Virus record (IMG/VR): IMGVR_UViG_3300025084_000007
Span: 32,001-96,000 of that record
DNA from: a virus
Direction: 5' to 3' (one strand)
Length of the DNA: 64,000 bases
Part shown: positions 9,771-20,549 of the stretch, piece by piece
How the letters are laid out: every line of letters starts with the position of its first letter
Position numbering within the stretch: the first letter of the stretch is position 1
Program-made: the position numbers and the translations under genes
Notes under the pieces: model-generated
What the model saw: the letters and a program-made list of their open reading frames with translations, nothing else
The model's database searches: none
What the model was told of the DNA's origin: nothing

Positions 9771-12700
9771 ATGGCAAATAGAATACAGTTAAGACGCGGT
9801 GGTGCTCAGGAATGGGCAAACGCGAATCCAACTCTTGCACAGGGTGAACTTGGAATTGAACTCGATACTGGTCGGTTCAAAATCGGTGATGGTGCAACGG
9901 CATGGAACACGCTAAGATATGAGCGCCCTGTAGAGTCCAACACTAATACTCCAAATACTCTTGTACAAAGAGACGCAGATGGAAGTTTTTCTGCGGGTAC
10001 TATCACGTCAACTCTTATTGGTAATGCTTCAACATCAACTAGACTTGAACAGACTAGACAGATTCAGTTATCTAGTGATGTAACAGCAACTGGCAACTTT
10101 GATGGTTCCCAAAACTTAAACTTAAGTACTTCTTTATCACTGATCAATACTCTTCCTCATTACTTGGAAGGTGGTTTAAGTACTACTACTAGAACATTTA
10201 CTGAAGTTACTGTTGACCAGAAGGGTAGAGTTATAAATGCTAGAACTCCTGCTCAACTAAATCTTACGGATTATGGTCTTGATGGTTCTGCAACTAGTGA
10301 TACAACTTTAGCACAACCTTGGAATGCAAACTTAGAAGCAATCTCAGACGAAACTGGTACTGGTTTATATTCAAAAACTGCAGCAGGTGTTGTTGAGACC
10401 AGACTTATTACTGGTGCTGCTGGTCAGATTGTTATTACTGACGGTGGTGGTATTAGTGGTAATCCTCTTATCTCACTGTCGGTTCAATCAAACGTTGTTC
10501 CTGGAGATTATAATACAGAATCTCTCACTTCAGTATCTCAAGCTGGTAGTGGTGGAGAACCTTTTGGTACAGAGACTGTTAATGCTTCTAAGTTCTCTGT
10601 TGACGATAAAGGGCGTTTAACAACCGTAACGAATGTACCTATTGCTACTGCTACCGAGGGTAGTAAGTATGCGGCATATGCAGCAGGTACAACATATGCT
10701 AGATACCAGATTATTGAAGATAGCAGTAGAGTATATCAATCAATCACAGCAATTGCTTCAGGTGGTGGTGCTCCAACTCATACTGATACTTCTGATACTG
10801 GCGGATGGAGATATCTCGGTGCAGCAGCAGTAGAACAGAAAGGACTTGCTTCTTTTGCACAAGAAGATTTTGATGTTGACAGCAACGGACATGTAACTAT
10901 TGCTGCTGTTGGTGTTGATAATACACAACTACAGAATAATAGAGTTTCTTTTGCTGATGGAAATACAAAAGAAGATTTTGAACTTGATCAAGAACTTACT
11001 GCAACCACTGGATACAGAGGATTCAATTATCTTAACTATCTTAAAGTTAATGATACGAGCGGTAATCTACTTGTTGGCGCTAATAATACGGGGGACAGCG
11101 GAGCTGGCGAACTTGATGTTAATGTACGGTCGTATTTCTCTGACCCTGACATTACTCTTGACGGCACTGTTGCTCAGACATTGGATAAGACTGGGGATGG
11201 TAACCTTACCTTCCAGTTAACTCAAGACGCTTCAACTGCTAGATTCCTCAATATCACCTCAACCAATGCTGGTGCTGGTACTGCATATGTTGTTATCACT
11301 GGAGACGACATAGTTGATATCAAGGCAACTGAAGCAACTGGTAAAGTTTGGGTCGAAGATGCAAGATTCCAAGATAACTACATCGCAACATCGAATGCGA
11401 CGATGAATCTTGACCCTGGCGATGATCGTGCCGCTACTGGGTTGGTTCGCATCTTCGGTAACCTTCAGATTGATGGTACAACTACCACAGTTAATTCAAC
11501 ACAACTGAGTGTAGATGATGTCACTATTCTACTTGGTGGTGATACTGTTCCTACAACTGATGACAATCTGGATCGTGGTATTGAATTCAACTATTATGAT
11601 ACCGAAGCACGCTTAGGTTTCTACGGTTGGGATACTAATTACACTGATTTGGGTGGTCATGGCGGTGGATATCGTTTCCTTCATGCTGCTACAAATACTG
11701 CTGAAGTCTTTACTGGTACTGACTCTGGTATCATTGCAGGTAACGTAAAACTTACAACAGGCACTAACTCAACTACTAATACAACTGGCGACTTGGTAGT
11801 TGCTGGTGGTGTTGGTATTACTCAAGATGTAAACATCGGCGGTCTGGTTGATATTGACAGCACATTGCGTGTTCATAACACCTCTCGCTTTGATGACAAC
11901 ATGGTCATCCAAGGTGCTTCTAAGACACTGCAACTAAACAATGGTAGTGGCACAACCAAGATTGAATTCCAATCTACAACTGGTAACGGATCTCTTGCTG
12001 GTATTCTGGATGTAACTGGAAACCTCAATGTCAATACCGATAAGTTTAATGTTGTTGCTGCCTCAGGCAACACAACTATTGCTGGCACATTAGGTGTCAC
12101 AGATGTTGCAACATTCTCTAATAATATTGATGCTAACGGCGATGTTGCAATCGCTGGTAACATTCACTCCGAAAGCACTAACGATATCACCACTGCTAAG
12201 AATGGCAGCACTGGTATATGGGAGATTCAGTCTAATGACTATGGATCTCTGAAAGTTGATGGTGGTGCATATGTTGCAGGATCTGCTCTAATCGATGGCA
12301 CACTCCATGTTAACGGCGCTATTGAAGTTAAGGATAGTGCGACAGAGACTGAATCTAGACTTAACTGGTTGAGAGTTAGATACAGAGGTCGTTTCGGTGA
12401 CACTTATCAGGCATCTCCTTCTTATGCATCTCACAACTTCTCCACCCTAAAAGCACACGGTGGTGCAGGTATTATGAAATCCCTGTATGTTGGTGCTACT
12501 GGAACTGGCGAAAGATTCTCTGTTGGTAAAAAAGAAAGTGGTGATACTGAGAAGTTCATTGTTATCGGTGCAACTGGTGATACAACAATTGAAGGCACTC
12601 TTCTGGTTGAAGATAACGTAAACTTCAATGGCACTCTGGATGTTGATGCAGACTTTGCTGTTAGAGACGGTACAACGGATAGATTCTTCGTTGATAATGT

Positions 12701-15494
12701 AACTGGTAACACCTATATCGATGGCACTCTGGATGTTAATGGTGCAACTGAGATTACAAATACTCTGGATGTTAGCAATGCTGTTACATTCGATCAGACA
12801 CTGTTAGTCCAAGGCAACTCTGAGTTTAACGGTACTGTTGATATTGATGCCAACTTCGCTGTTAGAAGTGGTAGCACGGATAAGATGACTGTTGCTTCTG
12901 CATCAGGTAACATCGCAACTGACGGTACATTAGTTGTTCAAGGTCAGACAACTATTAACGATTCTCTGATTGTTGATGCTTCTAATGAAGTCTTCTCCAT
13001 CAGAAATGGATCTGCTGTAGAGAAGTTTGGTGTTGATGCAGACAATGGCAACACAAACATCATTGGCACACTGACCGTTGGTGATGCAACTCAGATTAAT
13101 GACACCTTGGGTGCATCTGGTATTGTCACACTTACTAACAACACCGAGCAAACTCTGACAGGTAGTTATGGTGCTGATGGTGCTCTAAGACTTACTGGTG
13201 GTGCTGCTGTCCAAAGAAACCTCGCTGTTGGTGGTGCTGCAAGAGTCTATGGCAACACTGAACTGACTGGTACTCTTGATCTTAATAATAGTGCAGACAT
13301 TTCTGGTGCTTTAGTAACGCATGATAATGTTACTATTACTGCAGACAATAAGACCTTTGCAATCCAGACTGCTGGTTCTGTTAATAAGTTCACAGTAGAT
13401 ACGGACAATGGCAATACTGATATTCGTGGAACCCTGGATGTTGGCGGTGACGTAACTGCCGAGTCTAACCTTACTGTTACTGGAAACCTTACTGTTAATG
13501 GAACAACGACTACTGTTAATTCTACGGTCACAACTCTCGATGACCCTATTATTACTGTGGGTGGTGACACAGCACCGACAACTAACGACGGTAAGGACCG
13601 TGGTGTTGAGTTCCGTTATTACGACAGCTCTGCGAAAGTTGGTTTCTTCGGATACGATAGATCCGCCAACCAATTCGCATTCGTAGTAGACGCAACCAAT
13701 TCATCAGAAGTTCTTTCAGGTACTGACGGCAACCTTCGTGCTGGTAGTTTGAATCTTACTGGTGCTGGCACTGCACTCGATGTTGATGCTAACGCCAACA
13801 TTGACGGCACTCTGACTGTAGATGGTCAAATCATCTCCCAGGTTGCTTCTGGTGCTGCTCTAGTCATTCCTAACACGACTAAGATTAACAACCTCAATGC
13901 TGACCTTCTGGACAGCATGACAACTGCTTCTGCGGCAACTGCAACTACTGTTGTTGCTCGTGACGGTAGTGGAGACTTTGCTGCAAATATCATCACAGTT
14001 GCTTCTGGTGTAGGTGCTGCTGCTGGTATTCAAGGTAATGCTCTTACTGCTGATACACTCAAAACAGCAAGAAATATTGCAGTTGCTGGTGTTGTTGCTG
14101 GTGATGCTGAGTTTAATGGTGCTGGTGATATTACAATCACTACGACATATGTTGACGCAGACATTACTGCACTCGCCGCTATGGCAGGAACTGGTTTTGT
14201 TTCCAGGACTGCTGCTAACACATATGCTCAGCGTACACTCGCTGTCACAGCATCTTCTGGTATTACACTGACGAATGCTGATGGTGTTGCTGGTAACCCA
14301 ACCATTAACGTTGCTTCTACAGCAAGCAACTCAGCAAACAACCTTGTTCTTCGTGACGCATCTGGCGACTTTGCTGCTGGAATTATTACTGCAGCATTAG
14401 TTGGTAATGTCACTGGTCAAGTATCTGATATTAGCAATCACGATACTGGAGATCTCTCCGAAGGATCTAATCTATATTTCACGAATGAGCGTGTCGATGA
14501 TAGAGTTAATGCTCTTATTGTTGCTGGCACAGGTATCACCAAAGCATACAATGACGCAGCAGGCACCTATACGCTTACTGTAACGCAGGTAGACATCGAT
14601 ACCGACAATGTAACAGAAGGTTCCACAAACCTCTTTACAACCGCTGCTAGGACCCGTACACACTTCACATATGGTACAGGTATTGAACTTAGCGGTGCAG
14701 GTGCTCTGAGCGTCACTCAGGCAGACATTAATACCGACAATGTAACAGAAGGTTCTACTAACATCTTCTACACAGAAGCACGATTTGATACAAGTCTTGC
14801 AAGTAAAGATACTGATGATGTAACTGAAGGTTCCACAAATCTGTACTTCACTAATACTCGTGCAGATACTCGCGCTAACTTAAGAGTTGCTGCTGCTACA
14901 GGTAGTAACCTCGATCTTTCAGAGAAGTCTACTTCTGATCTTTCTGAAGGAACTAACCAGTACTACACTGAAGCAAGAGTTCAAGATAAACTTGATAATG
15001 CATTTGCTCAACTCACAGCAATGCTCAACAATCTTGCAACTACTACAACTCTTGTCTTGAATCTGTCTGGTGATCCTACCCCTGGTGACGTGACTGCGCT
15101 TAACAATGCTTCTCTTGCTGGTGGCACATTGTATAACACTGCTACTGGAGTCGCTACCACCTCAAGCGGTAGTGGCACTGGATTAACAGTAGATATCACT
15201 GCATCTGGTGGTGCTATCACTGCAGTTGCTATCAATGGTGATGGTTCTGGTTATGTTGTTGGTGAGACTATTACAATCACAGGTGGTGGCGGAGACGCTA
15301 CTATCGATGTCTCTGCTGTTACTGAGATGGCAGTTGGAGATACTGTCACAGGCAGTACATCAGGCACCACAGGTGTTATCACTGCTGTTGGTGCAAGTTC
15401 AGTTACTGTTGACACTGTTGACGGATTCTTTAAGAAGACTGAGACAGTATCTGCTGGAGATGTTTCTACATTAACAATCACTTCATTCGCCTGA
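9771..15494 (+). CDS. Tail fibre / long fibrous structural protein
   Basis: N-terminal RIQLRRG..W...NPTLAQGELGIELDTGRFKIGDG (Mtd/hyaluronidase N-terminal type); Gly/Thr-rich beta repeats; 1907 aa. Confidence 0.8.
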   Translation: MANRIQLRRGGAQEWANANPTLAQGELGIELDTGRFKIGDGATAWNTLRYERPVESNTNTPNTLVQRDADGSFSAGTITSTLIGNASTSTRLEQTRQIQLSSDVTATGNFDGSQNLNLSTSLSLINTLPHYLEGGLSTTTRTFTEVTVDQKGRVINARTPAQLNLTDYGLDGSATSDTTLAQPWNANLEAISDETGTGLYSKTAAGVVETRLITGAAGQIVITDGGGISGNPLISLSVQSNVVPGDYNTESLTSVSQAGSGGEPFGTETVNASKFSVDDKGRLTTVTNVPIATATEGSKYAAYAAGTTYARYQIIEDSSRVYQSITAIASGGGAPTHTDTSDTGGWRYLGAAAVEQKGLASFAQEDFDVDSNGHVTIAAVGVDNTQLQNNRVSFADGNTKEDFELDQELTATTGYRGFNYLNYLKVNDTSGNLLVGANNTGDSGAGELDVNVRSYFSDPDITLDGTVAQTLDKTGDGNLTFQLTQDASTARFLNITSTNAGAGTAYVVITGDDIVDIKATEATGKVWVEDARFQDNYIATSNATMNLDPGDDRAATGLVRIFGNLQIDGTTTTVNSTQLSVDDVTILLGGDTVPTTDDNLDRGIEFNYYDTEARLGFYGWDTNYTDLGGHGGGYRFLHAATNTAEVFTGTDSGIIAGNVKLTTGTNSTTNTTGDLVVAGGVGITQDVNIGGLVDIDSTLRVHNTSRFDDNMVIQGASKTLQLNNGSGTTKIEFQSTTGNGSLAGILDVTGNLNVNTDKFNVVAASGNTTIAGTLGVTDVATFSNNIDANGDVAIAGNIHSESTNDITTAKNGSTGIWEIQSNDYGSLKVDGGAYVAGSALIDGTLHVNGAIEVKDSATETESRLNWLRVRYRGRFGDTYQASPSYASHNFSTLKAHGGAGIMKSLYVGATGTGERFSVGKKESGDTEKFIVIGATGDTTIEGTLLVEDNVNFNGTLDVDADFAVRDGTTDRFFVDNVTGNTYIDGTLDVNGATEITNTLDVSNAVTFDQTLLVQGNSEFNGTVDIDANFAVRSGSTDKMTVASASGNIATDGTLVVQGQTTINDSLIVDASNEVFSIRNGSAVEKFGVDADNGNTNIIGTLTVGDATQINDTLGASGIVTLTNNTEQTLTGSYGADGALRLTGGAAVQRNLAVGGAARVYGNTELTGTLDLNNSADISGALVTHDNVTITADNKTFAIQTAGSVNKFTVDTDNGNTDIRGTLDVGGDVTAESNLTVTGNLTVNGTTTTVNSTVTTLDDPIITVGGDTAPTTNDGKDRGVEFRYYDSSAKVGFFGYDRSANQFAFVVDATNSSEVLSGTDGNLRAGSLNLTGAGTALDVDANANIDGTLTVDGQIISQVASGAALVIPNTTKINNLNADLLDSMTTASAATATTVVARDGSGDFAANIITVASGVGAAAGIQGNALTADTLKTARNIAVAGVVAGDAEFNGAGDITITTTYVDADITALAAMAGTGFVSRTAANTYAQRTLAVTASSGITLTNADGVAGNPTINVASTASNSANNLVLRDASGDFAAGIITAALVGNVTGQVSDISNHDTGDLSEGSNLYFTNERVDDRVNALIVAGTGITKAYNDAAGTYTLTVTQVDIDTDNVTEGSTNLFTTAARTRTHFTYGTGIELSGAGALSVTQADINTDNVTEGSTNIFYTEARFDTSLASKDTDDVTEGSTNLYFTNTRADTRANLRVAAATGSNLDLSEKSTSDLSEGTNQYYTEARVQDKLDNAFAQLTAMLNNLATTTTLVLNLSGDPTPGDVTALNNASLAGGTLYNTATGVATTSSGSGTGLTVDITASGGAITAVAINGDGSGYVVGETITITGGGGDATIDVSAVTEMAVGDTVTGSTSGTTGVITAVGASSVTVDTVDGFFKKTETVSAGDVSTLTITSFA
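14445..14975 (+). repeat. Five intragenic TD(N/D)(V/L)xEGSxNxY(F/Y)T repeats in fibre gene
   Basis: Protein repeats visible; ATACCGACAATGTAACAGAAGGTTC is identical at 14599-14623 and 14731-14755. Confidence 0.85.
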
Positions 15495-15500
15495 TAACAA

Positions 15501-16307
15501 ATGACCGCTACAAGACCCGCTTCTAAAACAGAGTTAAAAAACTACGCTCTTCGTAGATTAGGTTTTCCTGCTATTGATATCAATGTATGTGATGAGCAGT
15601 TGGATGACCTAATCGAAGAAGCAATCGATTACTATCAAGAGTTTGCATATAACGGCAGTTACAAAGCATTCATCAAAATTGAAGTAACCGATGCGATTAA
15701 AACTGCGGCTAAAACTGGTAGTGCTTTAGGTTCTACTGATTGGACAGAAGGAAATGAATATGTATCACTTCCCCCTGGAGTCTTGGCAGTCAATCATGTC
15801 TATAGTCAGATTGGTGCTTCTAGTGTAACTCCTGGTAATATTTTTAATATTAAGTATCAGATTTTCTTGAATGATATCTATGCAATGACGCATGGACATA
15901 TCCTACATTACTTTATGACTTCACAATATCTTGAGACTCTTGATTGGGTCACAAACTCAGATAGAAATCGTAGAGTTAGATATAATGAATATCAAGGAAG
16001 ATTGTATTTAGATTTTGATTGGGCAAATTTACAAGCAGGCAATCAAATTGTGGTAGAAGTTTTGATGCGTCAAGACCCTGATACATACACTGCAATGTAC
16101 AATGATGCCTGGTTGAAAGATTATGTAGAATCATTATTCCAACAGCAATGGGGTCGCAACCTCAGTAAGTATGATGGAATTCAAATGCTTGGTGGTGTGA
16201 CTCTGAATGGTCGCCAGATTCTCGAAGATGCGAGTCAGTTCAAGAAAGATCTTGAAGCAGATATTCGCAAGACTTACGAACTCCCTCCAATGGATTTAAT
16301 CGGTTGA
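15501..16307 (+). CDS. gp13: Neck protein gp13
   Basis: YALRRLGFPAIDINV..QLDDLIEEA and QWGRNLSKYDGIQMLGGVTLNG motifs. Confidence 0.92.
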   Translation: MTATRPASKTELKNYALRRLGFPAIDINVCDEQLDDLIEEAIDYYQEFAYNGSYKAFIKIEVTDAIKTAAKTGSALGSTDWTEGNEYVSLPPGVLAVNHVYSQIGASSVTPGNIFNIKYQIFLNDIYAMTHGHILHYFMTSQYLETLDWVTNSDRNRRVRYNEYQGRLYLDFDWANLQAGNQIVVEVLMRQDPDTYTAMYNDAWLKDYVESLFQQQWGRNLSKYDGIQMLGGVTLNGRQILEDASQFKKDLEADIRKTYELPPMDLIG

Positions 16308-16308
16308 T

Positions 16309-17481
16309 ATGACTTATAGAAACGATCCCCCAGAAAATTGCATTCAGTCGGACTACACTAGTAGTTGCCGACTAAATCTAAATGGTTCTTCCCAGGAACA
16401 AATGTTTATGGGAAATCTGATCATCGAGAGTATTGAACTCTATGGTCAAGATATCTATTATCTACCCAGAACATACGTAAATAAAGACACGATCTTTCAA
16501 GAAGTAGAAAGTAGTAATTTCACACAAGCACTTTCTATCAGAGCATATGTTAATAATGTAGATGGGTGGGAAGGTCAAGGAGAACTTTTAAGTAAGTTTG
16601 GTGTTCGTATTGAAGATAAGACAACCTTTATCTTCTCTAGAACTAAATTTACTGAGAAGGTAGATGATAATGCAGCATTAAATGTGGAGGGTCGTCCTAA
16701 TGAGGGTGACCTTATTTGGTTTCCAACAACAAAACATTTGTTTGAGATTAAGTTTGTAGAAGCAGAAAGACCTTTCTATCAGTTAGGTAAGGGTTATGTT
16801 TGGGAATGTCAGTGCGAACTGTTTGAATACAGCGACGAAAAAATTGATACTGGCGTTGCCGAGATTGATGCTATCGAAACTGCCTTTGCTAATTCCATTA
16901 AGTTGGTTATGGATGCTGGCGGTTCGGGAGACTTCACAGTTGGTGAAGAAATTGTCGGTGATCTATATCTTGCTTCAGCAACAGCAGCAATCACTGGGGA
17001 CGCAGTAAGTTCCTTTACAATCACTGATGGTGGTGAGCATTATAAATCAGCATTGCCACCTACAGTTACTATTACAGGAGGTGGTGGAAGTGGAGCGACA
17101 GGAACAGCGGTGGTTTCGTCTACAGGGATTGTTACTGGTATCACTGTTTCAAGCGGTGGTACTGGCTACACTAGTGCCCCAACTGTTACTATTGATTACT
17201 CTCCAAAAGACTCCAGAGCAGAAGTCAAGTCCTGGAATAGTTCTTCAAGAGAACTCCAAGTCATCAATAGAACAGGAACCTTCAATACTTCAGAAACAAT
17301 TAAGGGATTGACATCTAATGCTCTTTGGAGTCCTGAATCCTTTAACACTCTAAATAATACTAATACCGCTGATAGCATCGACCAGAACTATAGTTTTGAA
17401 ACTGCTGATGACGATATTATAGATTTCACTGAGGGGAATCCCTTCGGCACCATTGGTTCCACTACTGATACTACAATCTGA
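16309..17481 (+). CDS. gp14: Neck protein gp14
   Basis: YGQDIYYLPR, LSKFG, RPNEGDLIWFP, PFYQLGK and DFTEGNPFG motifs. Confidence 0.92.
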   Translation: MTYRNDPPENCIQSDYTSSCRLNLNGSSQEQMFMGNLIIESIELYGQDIYYLPRTYVNKDTIFQEVESSNFTQALSIRAYVNNVDGWEGQGELLSKFGVRIEDKTTFIFSRTKFTEKVDDNAALNVEGRPNEGDLIWFPTTKHLFEIKFVEAERPFYQLGKGYVWECQCELFEYSDEKIDTGVAEIDAIETAFANSIKLVMDAGGSGDFTVGEEIVGDLYLASATAAITGDAVSSFTITDGGEHYKSALPPTVTITGGGGSGATGTAVVSSTGIVTGITVSSGGTGYTSAPTVTIDYSPKDSRAEVKSWNSSSRELQVINRTGTFNTSETIKGLTSNALWSPESFNTLNNTNTADSIDQNYSFETADDDIIDFTEGNPFGTIGSTTDTTI

Positions 17482-18266
17482 TGTTAGGTACATATTCATA
17501 TCACGAAGTTTTCAGAAAAACTATTGTAGCGTTTGGTACGCTGTTCAATAATATCGAACTTCGTCGTTCGACTGAAGTGATGAAAGTTCCTTTGGCATAT
17601 GGTCCAAAGCAAAAGTTTTTAGCACGTCTTGATCAAAATCCAGACCCTACAAACAAGAGAGTTCAGATTACTGTTCCTAGAATCTCTTTTGAGATTAATG
17701 GTATTCAATATGATTCTAGTAGGAAGGTATCACCTACACAGAAGATTAAATTTGCAAAGGATACTGACGAAAATAAGAACGTGTATATGCCCGTTCCTTA
17801 TAACTTATCATTTGAATTAGCAATTATCTCTAAAAATCAAGAAGATGGATTGCAAATTTTAGAACAAATTTTACCATTCTTCCAACCTCATTTCAATCTA
17901 ACCGTTAAGTTACTTCCTGATGTAAATGAAATTAAGGATGTTCCTGTTACTTTGACTAGTGTTGACTATGAGGATGAGTATGAGGGAGACTTCTCTAGTC
18001 GTAGAGCAATCATTTATACACTACAGTTTACTGCAAAGACATATCTATACGGTCCTATTACCGATGCGAAGACCATCAAAAAGGTCATCACCGATATGTA
18101 CACCGATACAAATACTTCTTCTGCACCCAGAGAAGTTCGGTACACTATTCAACCAGATCCGTTGGATGCAGATGCAGATGACGATTTTGGATTTGGTATT
18201 GTTGATGAAGACTTCACCGACAATAAGAAACGTAATCCTGTAAGTGGCGCTGACGAGGCAATCTAA
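17481..18266 (+). CDS. gp15: Tail sheath stabiliser/completion protein gp15
   Basis: AFGTLFNNI, KVPLAYGPKQKF and QILEQILPFFQP motifs. Confidence 0.92.
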   Translation: MLGTYSYHEVFRKTIVAFGTLFNNIELRRSTEVMKVPLAYGPKQKFLARLDQNPDPTNKRVQITVPRISFEINGIQYDSSRKVSPTQKIKFAKDTDENKNVYMPVPYNLSFELAIISKNQEDGLQILEQILPFFQPHFNLTVKLLPDVNEIKDVPVTLTSVDYEDEYEGDFSSRRAIIYTLQFTAKTYLYGPITDAKTIKKVITDMYTDTNTSSAPREVRYTIQPDPLDADADDDFGFGIVDEDFTDNKKRNPVSGADEAI

Positions 18267-18697
18267 TGACAACTCCTTTTGATGGTTTGAATGATGCGTT
18301 TGGGGCAGAACCTACTGAACTCCAAAAACATGTGGAAAAAGTGAAAACTGAAATAAAGAAAACTGATACTCCTGAAGTGAAGCAGGATTATGAGATTACT
18401 CGCGCCCAACTTCACAATCTAGTCATGAAAGGACAGGAGGCAGTAGATGGCATTCTTGATGTGGCACGAGCGTCAGATCATCCTCGTGCTTATGAAGTTG
18501 CAGGCCAACTCATTAAGAACGTAGCAGATACTGCTGATAAACTCATTGACCTACAAAAGAAGATGAAGGAGTTAGATGCCGATGAGAAGAAGTCAGGCCC
18601 GTCTACTGTTAATAACACGATGTTTATTGGCAGTACTGCGGACTTACAGAAGATGTTAAAGAAGCAAAAGGAGATAAATAATACTGACACGAAATAA
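18266..18697 (+). CDS. gp16: Terminase small subunit gp16
   Basis: DYEITR, HPRAYEVAGQLIK and FIGSTADLQKML motifs. Confidence 0.92.
   Translation: MTTPFDGLNDAFGAEPTELQKHVEKVKTEIKKTDTPEVKQDYEITRAQLHNLVMKGQEAVDGILDVARASDHPRAYEVAGQLIKNVADTADKLIDLQKKMKELDADEKKSGPSTVNNTMFIGSTADLQKMLKKQKEINNTDTK
18674..18680 (+). promoter_or_regulatory. Late promoter (ATAAATA) in gp16 3' end
   Basis: gATAAATA 30 nt before the ATG at 18710. Confidence 0.55.
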
Positions 18698-18709
18698 CTC
18701 GACACGACA

Positions 18710-19249
18710 ATGCCTGTATTAAAAGTATTAAATACGAACGCTGTTGCAGGATCTGCAACTGAATATCAAGTAGTGCAAACTGGATACTATAGAGTGCTTG
18801 CTACAGCAGCAGCATCTACTGTATCATTCAACGGTGGACCTGCTATCACACTGGTACAGAATGAAGCACTTCTACTTAAGTCGGGAGCAAAACCTGGTCA
18901 AGCAAGAATTGTAAAGGGTGTCGATGATGCCACTGCAGATTATCAACTTGGAACTAATCTTGGTGAAGTTAGCAACACACATCCATTCTCAGTAGATGAC
19001 TTCATTGCTGTAGAAGATGCTAGTACATCTCCTGCAATTGATGCTGCTTTCTTGTCAGCAGGAACAGTAGGTAAGAAAGTTACTGCAACAACTTCCAATT
19101 CTATTAGCACTGATATTGATTCTTCTGCTGCATCTGCTGATTACACTTATGCTTACAGTGGACCTCAAGCAGTAGTCAAGCGTTGTGTACAAATCACAGC
19201 AGGTTCTGGTGCTATTGTCGTCGAAGAAGTACAGGTCGTAGGTGCCTGA
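18710..19249 (+). CDS. Hypothetical protein, probably virion structural (beta-rich)
   Basis: 179-aa ORF after a late promoter; Ala/Thr/Val-rich. Confidence 0.7.
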   Translation: MPVLKVLNTNAVAGSATEYQVVQTGYYRVLATAAASTVSFNGGPAITLVQNEALLLKSGAKPGQARIVKGVDDATADYQLGTNLGEVSNTHPFSVDDFIAVEDASTSPAIDAAFLSAGTVGKKVTATTSNSISTDIDSSAASADYTYAYSGPQAVVKRCVQITAGSGAIVVEEVQVVGA

Positions 19250-19250
19250 T

Positions 19251-20531
19251 ATGGCGAAAGGTTTTGCATCAGATATTCCACCTGCCGTTAATGGTACTGC
19301 TAAGAAATACATTAGGGGTATGATGAAGCGTAAAGATAGGTGGAGTAAACTCTATGGGGGTCGCTCCAAAGAGGTGATGCATAAGACTGCAAACAAAATG
19401 GCTATGGGAGAGATGTCTAAAATGCCACCAACATATAACGATCTATTCGGAGAAGCAAACAAGTCTGGAGATAATTCTCTTCGTGACTGGTTTGGAAAGA
19501 GTAAGTCATCTGATGGAACACCTGGTTGGGTGCAACTTGGTGGTAAGTATGCAGGAAAACCTTGTGCAAAGCAACCTGGTCAGACTACTAAACCCAAATG
19601 CGGGTCTAGTAAGATGAAAAGAAACCTAAATAAAGGCGAGGAAGAAGCAGCATTCCGTCGCAAAAATGCTGAAGATCCAAATCCAGATCGTAAAGGGAAG
19701 GCAAAAAACGTGAAGACAGAAGATCTCGACCTTAAATTGATGTCTAAAGAACTTGATGGCGCATCTAAGATGCACAAGGGTCAGTCTGAGCGCATCAAAA
19801 AACATCTAAAGAAGATGAAGAAAGAAGAAACTATTAGCGAAAGAGGCGATTTCTGGCATCCCGATCCTAAAGAAGATCGTAAGTTGGGTGGTCCTGGTGC
19901 AAACCAGCGTGCTCGCGAAGATCGTGCTGCAGCATCTAAACCAAAAACAGACTCTAAGAAACTAAGACCAGGTGAATCTTACATGGATTGGAACAAACGT
20001 CAGAAAGCAAATAAGATGAAGAAAGAAGAATTTGTCAATGAGAAAGCAGGCGAGAAAGATGCTTGCTATAAGAAAGTAAAAGCAAGTGCGAAGGTCTGGC
20101 CTTCTGCATATGCTAGTGGTAGATTAGTCCAGTGCCGTAAGAAAGGTGCTGCTAACTATGGTAATAAGTCTGAAGGAATGTCATTCCAACAGTTTCAAGA
20201 GAAGTGTTGGCAGGGATATAAAAAAGTTGGTATGAAAAAGAAAGGTGGCAAACTAGTACCAAATTGCGTCCCAGAACAAGTAACAAATGAAGGAGCAGCC
20301 TGGACAAAAAAATCAGGAAAAAACTCCGAAGGAGGACTTAATGAAAAAGGACGAAAGTCTTACGAAAAGGAAAATCCAGGATCTGACCTCAAAGCACCAA
20401 GCACAAAGGTTGGAAATCCCCGCAGGGCATCCTTCTGCGCTAGAATGAAAGGCATGAGAAAGAGACAGAAAGCATCCAACAACACTGGTGATGACCGTCT
20501 GTCGAAGTCACTTAGGAAGTGGAATTGCTGA
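19251..20531 (+). CDS. Lys/Arg-rich modular protein (possible head internal polyprotein)
   Basis: ATG at 19251 directly after upstream stop; concatenated basic modules (DACYKKVK..WPSAYASG; CWQGYK..VPNCVP; GGLNEKGRKSYE..RRASFCARM). Confidence 0.75.
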   Translation: MAKGFASDIPPAVNGTAKKYIRGMMKRKDRWSKLYGGRSKEVMHKTANKMAMGEMSKMPPTYNDLFGEANKSGDNSLRDWFGKSKSSDGTPGWVQLGGKYAGKPCAKQPGQTTKPKCGSSKMKRNLNKGEEEAAFRRKNAEDPNPDRKGKAKNVKTEDLDLKLMSKELDGASKMHKGQSERIKKHLKKMKKEETISERGDFWHPDPKEDRKLGGPGANQRAREDRAAASKPKTDSKKLRPGESYMDWNKRQKANKMKKEEFVNEKAGEKDACYKKVKASAKVWPSAYASGRLVQCRKKGAANYGNKSEGMSFQQFQEKCWQGYKKVGMKKKGGKLVPNCVPEQVTNEGAAWTKKSGKNSEGGLNEKGRKSYEKENPGSDLKAPSTKVGNPRRASFCARMKGMRKRQKASNNTGDDRLSKSLRKWNC

Positions 20532-20549
20532 TATCTTAACACTGTGTAA

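Noticed and set aside
9771-15494. Diversity-generating retroelement suggested by the Mtd-like N-terminus and repeats
   Set aside because: No reverse transcriptase and no TR/VR pair differing at adenines; the repeats are in-frame structural repeats
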